Of a DNA stretch of 64,000 bases, positions 23,552-34,967 are shown in pieces (position 1 is the first letter of the stretch; each line of letters begins with the position of its first letter). The notes under the pieces are model-generated. The model saw only the letters and a list, made by a program, of their open reading frames with translations, was not told the origin of the DNA and did no database searches. Made by a program: the position numbers and the translations under genes. Source of the stretch: Microthyrium microscopicum (lineage: Eukaryota); assembly GCA_010405405.1 (NCBI GenBank), contig MU004238.1, positions 755,530 through 819,529 of the forward strand, given 5' to 3'.

Positions 23552-26500
23552 CTACCTCTTGGGACGCGGTTTGACTTTACCAGAAAAGCCCACCATCTTA
23601 TGGGGTGGCTTTGCGGTTTGCGTGGTCGTCGCTGGAACTGTCGGCGGAGCCATGTTCTGGTGATTGTTTGCAAGCCTTTGGTTCAGTTTTACCGCTGTGT
23701 CCTCTTCTTGTTCCTCCTCTTCTTGTTCATCTTCATCTTGCTCATCTTCATCTTGCTCATCTTCTTGATCTTCGTCATCTTCATCTTCTTCTTCTTCGTC
23801 TTCTTCATCATCTTCTTCTTCTTCGTTCTCTTCGTCGTCATTCTCTTCATCTTCATCCTCTTCATCTTCATCATCCTGTCTTTCCTCCGCCTGTTGGCGC
23901 AGAGTCTCTTCGATGGCCCTCCGTCGGTCAGGATCAGCATTGATCGTGAGCCTAAGACGTGGGCCCTTTAGAGCGTTCTTGAAAGGACGGTCTGGCGTTT
24001 GGCCGCGCACATAGCCTTGCTGTGTGGTGGCGTAAACAGGATCGATGACAGGCTGGGGAAAGCTTCCACCATTACGCTCCAGATAATTTTCCACCAGAGT
24101 GCGTGCTTTTTCAAAGTCTCTCCGTGTTCGTGTCCAGTGGAAATCGGCAATCTCGTCGCATATACCCTTCCTTTGGGACATGACGTAGTCCTCGAAACTT
24201 TTGCTAGACGCGTCCGCTTCGTTCAGTATAGTGTTGACGTAGACAAGAGCTTCTACGGCGGTGTATCTCTCAAATTTTTTCTGACTCTTTTTCGCAATTT
24301 CTACTGGACTGCATAATCGGTATACAAGGTAGGACAAAGCTGGCGAATACTTCCTAGTTCTGACCATCATGGTCCGTTCAGCTCCTTCAAGTATTTCATT
24401 CTGATACGCTGGCCCTCCGCCAGGGCGAAAATGGTTTGCGGGATCATCATGATTATCCCGTGTTGGTAGCTTGTTCAAGACATGAAGAGGTAGCACATTG
24501 ATAGGCTGGATACCAACTCTGAGAGTATTGTCCTCGAAGTCTTCACATATCTCCCTGATGCTCCACCTGGCTGTTTGATTAGTCAAGATAGTGTGTATAG
24601 TCATGCCCAGTCCAAAAACATCGCAAGCCGTGGTCAAGGCGTCGCCTGATCTTGCTTCTATGAACGGATCTTTATCGAGTCTTCGCACCATCTCTGGAGG
24701 CCCATAAACATATGTGCCAACGGAACCATGAATGTCACCTTGATAGTGAGCATGGCCAAAATCAGCTATCTTGAAAGTGTAGACCGGTTGATTATCGGGT
24801 CCGGTTTTATATGCAAGGATATTGCCCGGCTTGATGTCTAGGCTTGTTAGTATACATTCATGATACTAAAGTCTTAGGGGTCAACGGGTTCACAAAACAA
24901 ATGCAATGGTTCCATCGACTACGAGGTCTGTCATATCGCTCTGAAATGAACATGATCTGGTTCCCGGCGCACACAAGATAACCAACGAGCCGAAAGCAGT
25001 CAGTCAAAGTGTATGAGCTAATAGCCCCGTCCGTTGTGGGATTATGACAATCAATCTGCGGACTCGATGGGAGTGACTTGAGACACAGTACTTTGACAGT
25101 CGATATTCTGACAGATCGTTATTTGAAAAGGTAGAATATCGAGTACTGCCAGCACAGAGCACAACTTATTGAAAGTCAATATACATACCATAATGAATAA
25201 TGGGTGACCAGCTTGCAGCATTAGCGGGTCCATTATGCAGAAACATGAGAGCTTCAAGCATCTGCTTCAACAATTGCCAAACCTGTTTTTCGTCTAGACT
25301 TTGAGGTCTCTGAGGACCTGAACTACCCTCTGGAAGAGACGGCATATCTTTTGTCCTAGCGGCTAGTCCATAACGGTGCGACCATTTGTATAGATCTCCT
25401 TCGTCAGTCCATTCAGTGCAGTAGTTTATAAAGTAGTTGCTAGGCTTCTCGGACTTGCTCGCAATGTGTAGCGCTATATTCCGAGGATTGTGCCGTGTAA
25501 ACTTCTTCAAAAATTCCAGTTCATGTCCAAAGCTGAACTTGTAGGCAATCTTCAAAGCATAGCAATCTGGCTTCTCTGGATCTCCGTCTTCTCTGTCTAG
25601 CTTATGGACTCGACCGCAAGCGCCAGAGGCATCAGGCTCGATGTTCGCGCCGAACCTGGCAAGCAGCTCGCGCAATTGACGCTGACGAGCTCTTTCCCAC
25701 TTCATCAGCGTTGTCTTGTTCATGCCTTTGTTTCTTCTGTATCTCATCGCAACAGCCTTCTTTAGTTTCGGTCTAGAATCTGTTAGTGCTCGCTCTTCGC
25801 ACAATGTCACGCCGTTCGCAAGTCGTGCTTGGCCGCAGACTGGTGCCAGGTGCACTCAACGGCTCACTAGGTAGCTCAGACTGAGCGTTTCACCTGACGT
25901 TTGTCTTAGAACAAACCAGCTTTTTGACCTTGGCAAAATCGTATCCAAGTCCGTACGGGATCATACAGGAACGAAAGGATTCGACTTGTTTCATGATGAT
26001 ATGAATTCCTAGTTCACAATAACTTACATGTTTTCATCATCGTTTCGCACGTATTGAAGCTTGCGCCTTTTTGCGATGTTTCTTTGTCCATCGAGTTCGA
26101 GTGCCTCATTTTCTGCTTTGGCATCTGCAGTAGGGAGCTGTTTACACATGATGTCGGCGTAAATGTCGTTCTGCCTCTGCAACTCGGCCGTGGCGGCAGC
26201 CTTTGCGATCGCTCTCCTATCTGAATCCAATTTCTTGTTAGTATTATTGTAAACTGGTTACAATACCTTAACCACCGTAGTAAGTTCTTCGATCACCATT
26301 TGAAATGCTTTTCGAAAGTCATTCAAGCATCTCAAGTGGCCTCAATTAAAACTTGCGCTACCAATGTCTTTGAAAGAGGTATTCTCACCATTTGCCTGGA
26401 CTGGTGACAGTAACGCTGGCTGGCCGGGTAGTGTGGCTCCTGGTATAAACGCTGGGCTATAAGTTGTTAGTTTGAGGATCTCTAAACAAGTCCCCGTCTT

Positions 26501-26778
26501 CATTAACATTAGATTTCATACTGTGACCGATTTCTGAACAAGACATTGTTGGTTACTGGAAAAATAGAGACACAAACTTACTCTTCCGCATATCTATCAC
26601 GCACGAGGTACGAGACAGGTACATGTTCGTCTCTTCGACCTCTGTAATGAATGCCAGCTATTTGATTTAGGAAAAACGGCCTTTCCGATAGTCGAGTCCA
26701 AGTCTCCGATACAGTGACTCTTTGTCTGGGCTGCACTGGAGCTGGGAGACCATAGTCTTGATTACGAGTACGAACCAT
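23552..26778 (-). CDS. Divergent Ser/Thr protein kinase-like protein A (non-RD) with acidic C-terminal tail
   Basis: Gly loop SGACGRV, YALKIAY, HY|DIKPGN across intron 25188-24838, FKIADFG, GTYVYGPPE, DVFGLG. 5' exons from MVRTRNQ (26778) have several small introns whose boundaries are less certain. Confidence 0.8.
23700..23880 (-). repeat. Asp/Glu low-complexity coding tract (GAA/GAT/GAC triplets)
   Basis: Translation DDEDEEDEDEENDDEENEEEEDDEEDEEEEDEDDEDQEDEQDEDEQDEDEQEEEEQEED. Confidence 0.9.
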
Positions 26779-27514
26779 TTTGAATTGATGTAGTGGTTAT
26801 TGGTCTCAATCTTGAATTCTTAGTTCGAAGCGTTATTATCGTGGAATTGGAATCACAGTTGATATTAAGAGTCTCAATTTCTGTTCTATTGTTTGAAAAG
26901 AGCATAAGGACCAAAAAGTCCAGCAAATAACAAAGAAATTACTGTTTTCGTACTTAGACAAACACCCATTGTCTTGATCACTGAGGTCAACAGAAGGATG
27001 TGGTCCATAATAATCTATAGCAGACCTCCCTAGTATCTGTAGCCACTAGAAAATCAATCATGGCAATTGACAAAGTAGTTCCACAGTGGAAAATCAATTT
27101 GGTAAGGAAATAAAGTTTTTAGCTGTTTGATACTTCACGTCCTTACAGACAAACATACATGTTCACTGACAGGAGCGCGACATATAGTGTTGACATTAGA
27201 TACAAAGAGTAATCGAAGAGCCATACTCCTTCCTCGCCTTTCACATAGCGATGGATTGACCAGTATATTTTAGAGCAAAATGCTCTTGACGATGAAATGT
27301 GGGCACATACTCTTGGTTCTTGTTGATTTTCTGTGCCTCATAAAGTCAGCAGCATAAAGAAACTTTTGTTTTCCGGAAACAGCTGAATGAAAGAGATTCT
27401 GGTCTAAACAACTACAGTCGCTTGTGATTTGATGTCCTGCTGACTTGTCTCGAATTTGCAGGAATTCTTGATTGACTTGTGATATCACACTATTACCCAA
27501 AAAAGTTATTCAAG
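26779..27514. promoter_or_regulatory. Putative bidirectional promoter of the kinase pair
   Basis: AT-rich ~740 bp spacer between divergent ATGs at 26778 (-) and 27515 (+). Confidence 0.6.
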
Positions 27515-30011
27515 ATGGTTGCTGTGACTCGTTCTAGAGCAGCTGCTGGTGTACCTTTGGGAAGCAATCCTCCTCCTGCGGTAAGATGAAATGGCCTTCT
27601 CGAATGTCGAGTATGATTAGACTTATTTTCTAACAAAGTCCAGGGAGGTGCTCCCGCGCCAGCAAACCGCCATCAATCGTCAGTTCTAATACTTAAAAGA
27701 AATGACCCCTTCGTTATTACAGAGTGGATAGACTTGGATTGCGTCCCTATATGGTTTAGCCTGAGAAGCGCTGGCTATGACGAGCAAAACGATCCTGTTC
27801 TCATTCCTGGCGAAGTGACGAACCAGAACGAATTGGTTCAGCTGCTCTCTCCAATCCGGAATGACGAGGACATGGCCATTCAAGACCAAAAACGAGAGAA
27901 TCAAGAGGATTTTGAGTTTGATGACGAAAAGTTAGGTCCCTTTGTAGGCAAGTTCGACGCCGATTATCACTTGGAGGCAAATTGGAATCTCAAATTCGAT
28001 CTCAAGGAAGCTAAAGCTCTCCCCGTAAACCGGAAGAATGACAAGCACTACGGAAAGGCTTATGGGAGAGGTAGAAAGAAGGTTCGCGACTTGAGTGGAT
28101 GGAAGGAAGCCTGCCAGCATAGAGCAGATAATAGACGAATTGTCAGGAGATGGCTCAAGAATAGGCAAACCGAATTCCAGAGACTTATCAGACTACGACG
28201 GGCAGAGCCGTATCCTATGTTTAAGAATCACACCACGCGTATGCATAAAGTCAGTCGAGATGGCGTGGTTTATGCGCTCAAAATCGCTTACAAAATCGAA
28301 ACTCCAACGGAGATGGCGATGCTTCATCATCTAGACAAGTACCCAAAGCAGAGAAATATTGCTTCTATGGTTGGCGAGCTGTCTAATGAGCCTAGTGTCT
28401 ACTTCTACAACTTTTGCACACAGTGGGCAAACCACGGAGACATCATTTCTTTCTCACTAAGGTATGGTAAAGTCAACCACGCTACTGGTCAATATCTGCC
28501 CGGCATGAATGAAGCAACCTACGCGGATGGGATGGACGAAGAGATGGCCTGGGTCATGCTCGAGCAGCTACTCCAAGGCTTTACCTTCCTACACCATGGA
28601 CTCGGTGAAGATGGCGCGCGTGTGAATTCAACAGCGGACTCATCATGGAATGCAATAATGCATTTGGACTTCAAGCCCGGCAACGCACTCGTATATTACA
28701 ATGGTGACCACCATGAGGATCTGATGGATAGATGGACTTTCAAAATCACCGACTTTGGCAATGCTGCATATCAAAACCATAACATAAGGCGAGAAAAAAG
28801 AATAGGCACTCTCCGTTTCGCTGCCCCCGATACCTGGCGTGAGAAATTCAATTATCCGCATTTTGGATTTAGGAATGATTTGACCGTGGCTAGTGATGTT
28901 TTTGTAAGTTTGCTACCTACTCTTAGAAGATCGAGTCTTGATACCAAATCATTTCGTATCACCCATAGCACTGCAGGGCAAGCGTAGAGCGCGATGAAAC
29001 CTGGGCTGACAAGACTAAATGATGTTTTCACTGCGTGTTGACTAGATAACGCTCTTTCGTGATCGTAAACTGATGAACTTGTAGATGCTTGGAGCAACAA
29101 TTCACTACGCTCTGACAAATATGATCCCGATATACTATGGAGACACGAGGCGCTATCTTCCCATTGGAGCAATACTTGGCCAGGAAGTTAAGAAAAGTCT
29201 GAAGAATTCTTTACAGCCTGTAAATGTGATTCCACTGCACAAGACACAGCAATGGTATGAGCGTGCAGACGATGCAAGGGCAGCTTTGGCGACAGACTCG
29301 TATATCAATCAGGTATATGAAGACTCCCAAGAACGCTTTCGGCCGAGAAAGTACTCAAAGCTGCTCAGTACTCAGATCTATAAGTTATGCAACATGGAGC
29401 AGGACGATAGCAACGATCCATTATTCATGCGTCCTACTGCAGGTGATGCTCTTATTGAAGTTGGCACCATCTACGATCTGATAAAAACCACAGCCGCGGC
29501 GACTAGTGAAACATTTGAACAAGTAGCTCTGAGGCTTGGACGAAGCAATGAACACAGTAGTGTATGCGACCGGCTGGCGAAACATCACTGGACGCTGACT
29601 CGCAAACAATTTGAATTTGGGCGAGAACTTGTCCAGACGTACAAGACACAATGGCGGAAGAAGCGTCGACTGAACTCCGATTACCATGAACCATCTAGGG
29701 ATCCTCTATATGCTAGTCGTTCTCCACCTAAGCCTGGTGTCATTCCAGCGACATATATTCCTGGCTTGACTCCTCCACCACCTGCGCGTAGGTCTATATC
29801 ACCGGAGCAACCGGAGGAAGAGCAAGGACAACAACAACAAGAACAACAGGGACAACAACAAGAAGAAGAAGAGCAAGAAGAAGAAGAAGAAGAGGAGGAG
29901 GAGGAGGAGGAGGAGGAGGAGGAGGAGGAAGAGGAAGAGGAGGAGGAAGAACAACAACCTGATTCGACCGTGATTGATACAGACCGTATGATATATGATC
30001 AGGGGGTATAA
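27515..30011 (+). CDS. Divergent protein kinase-like protein B (paralog of A, possibly a pseudokinase) with poly-Glu tail
   Basis: ATG 27515 MVAVTRSRAAAG, intron 27580-27643, YALKIAY, HLDFKPGN, FKITDFG, GTLRFAAPD, DVF|MLG across intron 28904-29084. Confidence 0.85.
29815..29957 (+). repeat. GAG/GAA/CAA microsatellite encoding a poly-Q/E tract
   Basis: gaagaagaagaagaggaggaggaggaggag... run of more than 20 Glu codons. Confidence 0.95.
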
Positions 30012-30474
30012 ATAGCTTTACATGGATTTGGAAACGCACTTTGAGGACATAGTCGATTCAAAGATTATATCTATTGTAAAGACCTTTGGTGTATGCCGAG
30101 TGGTTGGAGGAATCATGTAGGAAATACTGTATTGAGAAGGCGCTTGTAGAACATATGAGAAGTTAGAGCACTAGACCGAAATTGTTTCTTCGAGCAAACA
30201 TCAGACATCTGTAGCATCGCGAGATGACATAGGCCCGGTTTGCCGTGTATAAAGGGGTGATGAGGAATAACGAGATCGCCAGTAACAGTGTAAATATACC
30301 ATTCGGGAATGAAACTAAGCCGTATGTTACAAGTCTACCAATTGCAAACCAATGCCCAAATGCCCAAAACCCAATGCACGCGATATACTCTAACCAAGCC
30401 GTAGCGCCGAAGCAATGATCATACTGCTAGGTGTATGTACAATAACACAATAACACGCAGTCACACACAATGGA

Positions 30475-33400
30475 CTATTTCTTAGCCTTGGGCTTGGCCT
30501 TGCCTTTCGCCTTCGAAGCTGATGCCTTGGCCTTTTTAGGTTCGCTATCGTCCACATCACTATCTGCGGAACGCTTCTTGCTGGCGGCCGCCTTCTTCTT
30601 AGGCTTGGGTGCCTTGATGTACTTGTCCTTGGAGATATCCGCTTCGTCTTCCTCTTCCTTGGTAGGGCCTTCCTTTTCTTCGACTTCTTCAGCTTCGATG
30701 GCCTCTTCAAGATCAGGTACGTCCTTGGCAGCTTTCTTGGGAGCAAAGACTTGAGAAGCTTTCATGAATGGTAGAGGATGAGACTGCGAGTTGTATCTAT
30801 TGAAAGTTAGTAAGTTTCACACGCACATCGGGGTTATAGGCTTACACTCTGGTGAACGCGGACTTGGCAGCGGTCTCAATCTTTAGATGCTTCTCGTCCA
30901 TTCTGCCAAGACCAAGCTCTTGTATCGCATCGTAGTCGTCCTTGGTGAGATAGTAGCTGTCCATGAGGTCAATGACCTTGCCAGCTGCCTCTTTACCCTC
31001 GATCATCAGTCGTTTAGGCATGAGAGTCCAGAACATTGGCATGTAAGACTGGCGGACCTCGTAACGATCGGCGGAAGATCGAAGGCGCATATGACCCTGA
31101 ATTTCTCTCACCATACGCGTCAGTTTGTTCTGCTTGCTGAAATTGCCTAGCCAGCTAGTAAAGCCAGTGCTGCCGTATGCCAAGCTTCCAGAGATGTAGC
31201 TTGCCGGACGTACGAAGCTGAAGACTGCGTGGGTGGGCATCAGGGACCATTGCTGCTGAGAGCCGTGGATCATCCGATCGACCAAGTCACCGTCTGAGAT
31301 ACTGTCTGCAGCTTTGCTGACAAGCTCAAGGGCTTTGAGGCTTTTCTCTCGGCCTTCGAATCCATTGGCAAGAATGGGCTGAGTGCCTAGATAGTTTTCT
31401 TGAAGCATCAGAGAGGACATTTCATGATCGTTGAAGTACAGCTCAATCTTATCGTTCAATGTAGCGGTGCTGTTTGGAGCAAACAATCCACCACCTAAGA
31501 TCTTCGAGGTAATATCAAATGGCTTGAGGACGATATGTTTCTCCCAGGCTTTAGACATTTGCTTGCCCTTTGCATAATCCATGGATTCGTCTTCGTCAAC
31601 TTTGACAGTGGAGAGCATGTTAACGACTTGACGGATGTCAGCGCCGGTGCCCTCGATTAGCGCGTTGAGAACTGTAGGAGGAATCTTCATCTTCTCACGG
31701 AAGGCAACAGTCATCATTCGACCTCGAATTTGTTCAGTGGTAGGCCGGCGAAAGGGAACCTCAAATGCGACATTGTCAAACGGTCTCATTTTAGGCAGTC
31801 TTCGCTCATTGCAAATGAGAATCATGGGGATAGAGGTCTTCTTGCACATTGCGGCAAGTGCACCAACACCGCCTCGATCACCAGCTGACATACCGTCCAC
31901 TTCGTCCATAATCAGAACTAGCTTTCGTTTAGACTGCTCAACAGCTTTACCATCACCAGCGAAGTAGCCGAGTAAAGAAGTGGTGCTGAGTACGCCTTTC
32001 AATCCATCTTCGACCATTCGCTTGCTTCGAGTATCGCTAGCGTTGCTCTCGACAATATCATAGCCTTCAAGCTTTGCAACCAAATGAGCCGCCGTAGTTT
32101 TGCCAATACCAGGAGGTCCGTGAATAATGACTGCACGATAGGTTCCACTGCCATCCGAGCCAGCAAGCTTGAACTTCATGCGGGCGTTTTTGCTGAAATT
32201 CGCAAGCCATCGCTGTAGTCGTTCAACTGGAGCTTTGTTGCCGACGATTTGATTTAGCTGAGTTGGAGCATACTTGACGGTCCAGAGTTTGCTGGATTCT
32301 TTGACTTGTGGTTTTATGGGGGCCTTTCCAGAATCGCCAGAGGCCTTGGTGGCAGTAATCTGCTGTTGACGAAGCTTCTTGCGTTCCTCTTTCTCTTTGG
32401 CCTCCATTTCCAACGCCGCCTGTTTGGCTTTGTCTTCCTCTTTCTGACGTTGTGCCTCTGCAACCTTGGCGCCGGGACCACTGCCACCATTTGCTGGGAG
32501 AGTTCGAATGAGCGCGAATAATCCATCCTCGTTGATGGTCTTGAGTTTATTGGCTTCGATTTTTCGCAGTTTGCTGGGACCAGCGTCCTCGCCGAGGACG
32601 ACATAGCTCGTTTTTCCGGAGGGCGCGCCGGTCACTTTTCCGCCATATCTCTTGACGAGTTCCTGGCCTGCTTCACGTTCAAGTGTCTGAAGTACGCCAG
32701 TGAAGACGAAACTCATTCCAGCAAGGCAATTTTCTGCTCCTTCGGGAAGGTCCTTTGAGCCCGCAGCAGCAGGAGCAGCACGGTTTCCTTTGATCATACT
32801 TGGGTTCCACTTCTGACCTTCAGCAAGAGCTGGTGGTGGAGTAGGAGGACGAATTAAAGGGATTGCGTCAAGGATTGCTTCAACCTCTGCATCAACTTCT
32901 GGCTCAGGTTTCGTTTTCTTTGCTCTCGCCTTGGTTGGTGTTGCCTTTGCCGTCGTTTTCTTTGGGCGGCCACGTCCCTTTTTAGGAGCCTCTTCTTCGT
33001 CATCATCTACTTCCATCTCATCAGACTTGCGTTTCTTGGCACGAGTTCCCTTCCTGGCTTTGGGCGCTTCATCATCGTCAGGGACCACAAAGTCATCATC
33101 TGAATCCACATCTTTCATTTCAACATCTTCATCTTCGTCCTTTGAGGCCCCAAGACCACGTCCAGTCTTTCGGCGAGGCTTGACAACTTCCTCCTCTGAT
33201 TCTGACTCTTGGTAGTCATCGCCGCCGCGACCTGCTTTCTTAAAGTCGGCAACAAAAACGTCATCATCATTATCCAGATCTTCCATGTCATCCCGGCTCT
33301 CATGCTTGACATAGGTCTTGGGCTTCGTAGCTTTGGATCCATTGGTATTCTTCGAAGGTTCAAGTGCAGTAGTCTTGTTCGGAGGTGGGGATGTTTCTCG

Positions 33401-33857
33401 CTTGGGTTTGGTAGTATCTGGTCGTTTAGGCTTCGCGGAGTTGCTGAAGTACGCCGAGGCAGTAGTGGCAGTCTCTTTTGGGGGTTCGGGTTTACTGAAT
33501 CACATCGATTAGCACAAATCGCATAGGTTTTGACTTTGATTGACTAACGGTCGAGCCGCAATGGTTTTCTTTGGCGTGAGCTTTTTGACTCTAAAGCAAT
33601 ATTAGCACAGAGTATGAATTAGATCTAGATCGCGTACACAGCAAATTCGTCATCTGAATCAGACTCCACGACCTTCTTTCGTCCTTTTTTCGCAGTTTTC
33701 GTGGGACTGGCCTAGTTAATTGATTAGATGACATGCCAATGGCTTGGGGGGTAAACTCGAGGAGAATAATTACCTTCTTCTTGCTACTTGCGGTAGAGGG
33801 CGGGGTGGCAGAGGCGCCAACTTTGCCTCCAAAGAAAGCTCTGATATCTGCTGGCAT
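30475..33857 (-). CDS. RFC1: Replication factor C subunit 1
   Basis: MPADIRAFFGGK start, BRCT domain (CLAGMSFVFTG...GEDAGPSK), LWTVKYAP, GPPGIGKTT, ESNASDTRS, MDEVDGMSAGDRGG. Confidence 0.96.
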
Positions 33858-33952
33858 CTTCGACAGACCAGCCTAGCTTCGAGATTAGGATGGTTGGTAG
33901 AGCGGAAGAGGGAGACTTCGAAGACGGGGCAGATCGAATTGAAGCTGCAGTG

Positions 33953-33987
33953 ACGCGTAGAAAACGCGAAGTTAAGTGTCGCGCGAA
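33953..33987. promoter_or_regulatory. Cluster of MCB/SCB-like cell-cycle elements upstream of RFC1
   Basis: ACGCGT (33953-33958), ACGCGAA (33964-33970) and TCGCGCGAA (33979-33987), about 100-130 bp upstream of the RFC1 ATG. Confidence 0.65.
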
Positions 33988-34136
33988 CACATGATGCCAC
34001 TAGTAGATTCAGGCCACCACTAGGCTTTCAGTCAGGCATAAACGCCAAGACTTTAATGTCTGAACTCTTTTTGAGCTTCACGACTCCTTCATCTACAGTC
34101 TACCCATGAGCTCCATTGAGCCCAATCACAGCTGAC

Positions 34137-34967
34137 ATGCCTCCCCCAAGGATATCCAATGGCCTGCTAGCCCAATTGAGATCTCTCGCCCTCTCACCAA
34201 GCACTCATACCCGTAAGTCACCTTCAATCCGAACCCAATACAGAACTAACACACCATCTTCAGGACCAGCATGCATCAAACCTACCCAAACAATACTCTC
34301 CGTCCGATCCTTCTCTACCACCCGCCCTTCTCAAAACTGGCTTCTCCCCCGCCGCCGCTCCTCCCGCAAAACACAAAAAGGCTCCCCCCAAGTAAACACC
34401 GGCGGCTCCTCTCGCGGCACCACAATCGCACACGGCGACTACGGCATCCGCCTCGCTTCCCACGACCAACGCATCCCCGCCAAACAGCTCGGACTCGCCG
34501 TCGAAGTCATCCGCCGACGTCTACGAGGTGTAGTCTTCCGCTTCTATCCCCGTGTCGCCGCCAATTTGGCCGTATATACCAGCGGTAACGAGCAGCGTAT
34601 GGGAAAAGGAAAAGGTGGTTTTGACTACTGGGCAGCACGCGTGAGTCATGGACGGGTGGTGTTTGAGATTGGCGGCGATATTCATGAGCAGGTGGTGAAG
34701 GAGGCACTGCGGCTCGCGGGGAATAAGCTGCCAGGACAGTGGGAGTTTGTGAAGAAGGGAGAGGCGCCGGTGGTGGGGACGACGAGGTTGAGGACGGGGG
34801 TTACGAAGGAGGAGTTGTTTAGACCGAGGAGGTTGACGCCGTTGCATCCTTTGCATTTGCTGCCGGATGGACGACGGGCGGGTGAGCTACAGGCAGAGCA
34901 GGAGAATGTGGTTGTAGAAGATGTGGATGCGGTTGCTGAATTGCCTTCGGTTGCAGCAGCGGCTTGA
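34137..34967 (+). CDS. MRPL16: Mitochondrial ribosomal protein uL16m
   Basis: Arg/Ser-rich presequence (RSFSTT), RKTQKG, GDYGIRL, RMGKGKGGFDYWAARV, AGNKLPG; probable in-frame intron 34213-34263. Confidence 0.92.
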   Translation: MPPPRISNGLLAQLRSLALSPSTHTRKSPSIRTQYRTNTPSSGPACIKPTQTILSVRSFSTTRPSQNWLLPRRRSSRKTQKGSPQVNTGGSSRGTTIAHGDYGIRLASHDQRIPAKQLGLAVEVIRRRLRGVVFRFYPRVAANLAVYTSGNEQRMGKGKGGFDYWAARVSHGRVVFEIGGDIHEQVVKEALRLAGNKLPGQWEFVKKGEAPVVGTTRLRTGVTKEELFRPRRLTPLHPLHLLPDGRRAGELQAEQENVVVEDVDAVAELPSVAAAA

